Source: a candidate division WWE3 bacterium (GTDB taxonomy: Bacteria > Patescibacteriota > 4484-211 > GCA-002791395). Taken from it: a stretch of 52,015 nt of DNA. The stretch lies in assembly GCA_020429745.1 (NCBI GenBank), contig JAGQKZ010000002.1, positions 1 through 52,015 on the forward strand, written 5' to 3'. Positions 49,573 through 52,015 of the stretch are shown here, piece after piece. Position numbers and translations under genes: made by a program. The notes beneath the pieces were generated by a model. The model saw only the letters and a list, made by a program, of their open reading frames with translations, searched no databases and was not told where the DNA came from. The first letter of the stretch is position 1; each line of letters begins with the position of its first letter.

Positions 49573-50187
49573 ATGTCTGCGTTATCCGGCAAGGAAATCG
49601 AAAAAGTCATACATGTCTTCAGGGAAAACTTCCAACCGATTCCCCTTGATGTCTATGTGAAACCCTACGAGGTTCTTGTTTCGACCATGCTGTCGGCGAG
49701 AACAAAAGACGAAACGACGTTGGCGGCATGCGAAAGGTTGTTTGCGGTAGCTGCTGACTTTAAGGCCTTGTCGGAGCTTAATGTCGAAGAGGTGGAGGAA
49801 TTAATTTTTCCGGTTGGTTTTTACAAGACGAAGGCCAAGCATCTCATGTCAATGTCCAAAATTGTTCTTAGTCGGTACGGTGGCGAAGTTCCAAAAACCC
49901 AGGGTGAGTTAATTGCGTTGCCGGGTGTTGGTGTCAAAACCGCGAATCTCGTAGTGCAACGCTTAGGCTATGCTACGGCCATTGCTGTCGATACGCATGT
50001 GCACAAGATCAGTAATCTGTTGGGCTGGGTGAATACAAAAACCCCAGGAGAGACGGAGCGCGCGTTAGTTGATGTTTTGCCTAAAAAATATTGGCACGAG
50101 ATTAACTCGCTCTTTGTAAGTGTCGGCCAACAGCATCGCAATAAGAAGGATCTGGTGTCGTTCTTAAAGTCTGAGCGGTTACTTTAG
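49573..50187 (+). CDS. endonuclease III-like HhH-GPD DNA glycosylase lacking the Fe-S cluster loop
   Basis: HhH motif LPGVGVKTANLV with Lys, plus the catalytic Asp in AVDTHVHK. There are no C-terminal Cys residues. ATG lies 6 nt after TAATAT 49561-49566. Confidence 0.85.
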   Translation: MSALSGKEIEKVIHVFRENFQPIPLDVYVKPYEVLVSTMLSARTKDETTLAACERLFAVAADFKALSELNVEEVEELIFPVGFYKTKAKHLMSMSKIVLSRYGGEVPKTQGELIALPGVGVKTANLVVQRLGYATAIAVDTHVHKISNLLGWVNTKTPGETERALVDVLPKKYWHEINSLFVSVGQQHRNKKDLVSFLKSERLL

Positions 50188-50188
50188 T

Positions 50189-51634
50189 CTAGAGAAGCGT
50201 TATGTTGCCAGTTTGCAGATTTAAGATCTTGTGTGCGCCGACTTGTTCTACAAAATAACGATCGTGAGATACGAGAAGGATCGCACCCTTAAACTCTCTT
50301 AACGCCTGTTCCACAGCCTCTTTTGTCCAAATATCCAAATGGTTTGTCGGTTCATCCAGGATCAATAAGTTGTATTCGTTTTGGGTAAATATTCCAAGCG
50401 ACAAGCGTGCTCTTTCACCTGGGCTAAGCGCGGCCAGCGCTCGCGATAGGTACTCTCTATCGAAAGAAAGACCCGACAAAAAACCAAATATCTTGCTGTA
50501 GGGCAGGGAGGTCGTCTTAGCAACAAACTCTTCGACCGTTGATTCAAGCGGTAGATGCGCCTGGTTCTGCTCAAAATAGCCGTAGTTTACATTAACCCCG
50601 ATCCCGGCCTTGCCACTTGTCGGCTTTAAGTTTTGTGTAATAATCTGCAGCAACGTTGTCTTTCCGGTTCCGTTTGGGCCATAGATCCAGATTCTTTCAT
50701 GGCCTACTAGCTCAAAATTTAAATCAGCAAAGATTGTATTATCACCAAATTTTTGCGTGAGATTTTCAATGGTAATCATCTTCTTGTGACGGTGAATGGA
50801 ACCATCAAAGGATATGCCATCAATCTCATATGGTTGGTACTTTTCGATCTCGTTTTTCAGTACCTCGCGGTCCATACGTTTTTTTGCAGCACGGACGCGT
50901 TTTCCGCGAGACTTTCCGTCTTTGACCTTGCGTGCATTCTCGAGTAAAACCTCAAGCTGTTTGCGTTTGCGCTCCTGGGATCTGAACTCGATCTCGCGGC
51001 GATGTAGCAATGTCTGTTTCTGTGCTTTGTAGTCAGAGTAATTACCCGCAAAGACGCTCAATCGTTTCTCGTCTATCTCAAAGATCTTGTTAACAACGTT
51101 GTCCAAGAAGCGCCTGTCGTGTGAGATCATAAGTACCGTTCCTTCAAAGCTTTTGATAAACCTCTCAAACCAGACGATTCCTTCGATGTCCAGATGATTC
51201 GTCGGCTCGTCCAATAAGATTAGTGTTGGGTTTATCGAGAGTGTTTGTGCGAGTGCAAACTTCATCTTCTGTCCTTCGCTTAACGTAACCATCTTCTGTG
51301 TACCGTCATAGTTGCTTAAACCCAGTCGCGTCAAAATCGCTTCTATCCGGTGTTTTGGAGTTGTTTCGTTGACAAGGTCTGTCACGTACTGTGCGGCGGT
51401 TATGTTATCACTAAACTCGATCAGCTGGGGGAGATAGCCAACCTGTTCGCCTTCATTTTGTATAAGGCCGCCATCACGCTCGACGTTGCCCAGGAGTATG
51501 TTTAGCAACGTTGATTTGCCACAGCCGTTCGGCCCGATGAGCGCACACTTATCGCCGTTACTTAAAACAAAGCTTACGTCTTTAAGAAGCGTCTCGCCAC
51601 GGACTGATTTACTGATGTTTTTCGCTACAATCAT
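50189..51634 (-). CDS. ABC-F family ATPase (two ABC cassettes, no TM domain)
   Basis: Cassette 1: GPNGCGKST / LSEGQ / LLDEPTNHLD. Cassette 2: GPNGTGKTT / LSPGE / LILDEPTNHLD. A basic inter-domain linker (RREIEFRSQERKRKQLE) joins them. Confidence 0.92.
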   Translation of the reverse strand: MIVAKNISKSVRGETLLKDVSFVLSNGDKCALIGPNGCGKSTLLNILLGNVERDGGLIQNEGEQVGYLPQLIEFSDNITAAQYVTDLVNETTPKHRIEAILTRLGLSNYDGTQKMVTLSEGQKMKFALAQTLSINPTLILLDEPTNHLDIEGIVWFERFIKSFEGTVLMISHDRRFLDNVVNKIFEIDEKRLSVFAGNYSDYKAQKQTLLHRREIEFRSQERKRKQLEVLLENARKVKDGKSRGKRVRAAKKRMDREVLKNEIEKYQPYEIDGISFDGSIHRHKKMITIENLTQKFGDNTIFADLNFELVGHERIWIYGPNGTGKTTLLQIITQNLKPTSGKAGIGVNVNYGYFEQNQAHLPLESTVEEFVAKTTSLPYSKIFGFLSGLSFDREYLSRALAALSPGERARLSLGIFTQNEYNLLILDEPTNHLDIWTKEAVEQALREFKGAILLVSHDRYFVEQVGAHKILNLQTGNITLL

Positions 51635-51824
51635 GATGAAAATATGGTAGCGAGGCTATTATATAGTAAAGAAAGGCTTAGCGCCGGCAATCTTTTAAAA
51701 ACCAAGCACCCCACTTGGCTCGGTAATATTAACTTAAGACGTGCCTAACGTGACTTAAACGAAGATGTGCCGGCAAGAATATTATATATCAGATGTGTAA
51801 GATGTCAATCCTGTAGCATGGTTC

Positions 51825-52015
51825 TTACGTGTCGAGTATGATCGTTACCGGTCCGTTGTTAACGCTTGAAATCTCCATGTAGGCGCCGAATACTCCGGTT
51901 GCTACCTTTAGGCCAGATGTTTGCACCTTGTCTGCAAAGTGGTTGAATAGTACTTCTGCCTCGGCTGGTGTCCGGGCATTTAAAAACGAAGGGCGTCTTT
52001 GTGATGTGTCGGCAA
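51825..52015 (-). CDS. dtd: D-aminoacyl-tRNA deacylase, C-terminal part (5' end outside the window)
   Basis: Hand translation gives ...RRPSFLNARTPAEAEVLFNHFADKV...GVFGAYMEISSVNNGPVTIILDT*. It carries the RPSF and NDGPVT-type C-terminal signatures of Dtd. Confidence 0.8.
   Translation of the reverse strand, partial: ADTSQRRPSFLNARTPAEAEVLFNHFADKVQTSGLKVATGVFGAYMEISSVNNGPVTIILDT

Noticed and set aside
1-52015. Search for CRISPR arrays, rRNA genes, IS elements, prophage genes or known defence systems
   Set aside because: Reading through the window, I saw no regularly spaced direct repeats, rRNA-like sequence, transposase or integrase motifs, phage structural genes, or recognisable restriction, Cas, Abi or toxin-antitoxin motifs. 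The one exception is the speculative retropepsin pair.

Overview
This 52-kb window reads as a compact, gene-dense bacterial chromosome segment using the standard genetic code (TGA is a real stop, e.g. 23860-23862 and 45190-45192). Gene content suggests a streamlined Patescibacteria/CPR-type organism, possibly Saccharibacteria-like; this is inference only. It has scattered translation and housekeeping genes, LPXTG-type and giant surface proteins, many unknown small proteins, and almost no metabolism.

Recognisable genes:
- Housekeeping: argS, hisS, polyprenyl synthase, glutamate dehydrogenase, a shortened YebC, SufS-like cysteine desulfurase, def, an EndoIII-like glycosylase, an ABC-F ATPase, partial dtd, and tRNA-Arg(CCG).
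- An ~8.9-kb minus-strand signalling array (20591-29444): two sensor kinases, a receiver-only response regulator, an ECF sigma factor and a membrane-anchored solute-binding protein.
- A 1851-aa BNR/Ig-repeat surface protein.
- A candidate cobalamin riboswitch in front of a DUF4430 gene.

No rRNA, CRISPR array, transposase or integrase was seen.

Most interesting observations:
1. Two paralogous promoter / 23-codon ORF / hairpin / intrinsic-terminator units (42077-42947) have interchangeable hairpin arms, giving attenuator logic. They sit in front of an unknown 118-aa ORF and an operon of an unknown 443-aa protein, a PIG-L deacetylase and a GT4 glycosyltransferase.
2. Two paralogous proteins fuse a degenerate P-loop (Lys to Arg) to an OmpR-type winged helix. 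Each is next to a Nudix gene and to small Shine-Dalgarno (SD)-led ORFs.
3. A four-gene operon of unknown 68-87-aa proteins lies at 12203-13142.
4. About 20 first-in-operon genes have a -10 box only 6-9 nt from the start codon (leaderless architecture). This contrasts with a minority of strongly SD-led genes.

All functional calls come from motif recognition by eye. No searches were run.
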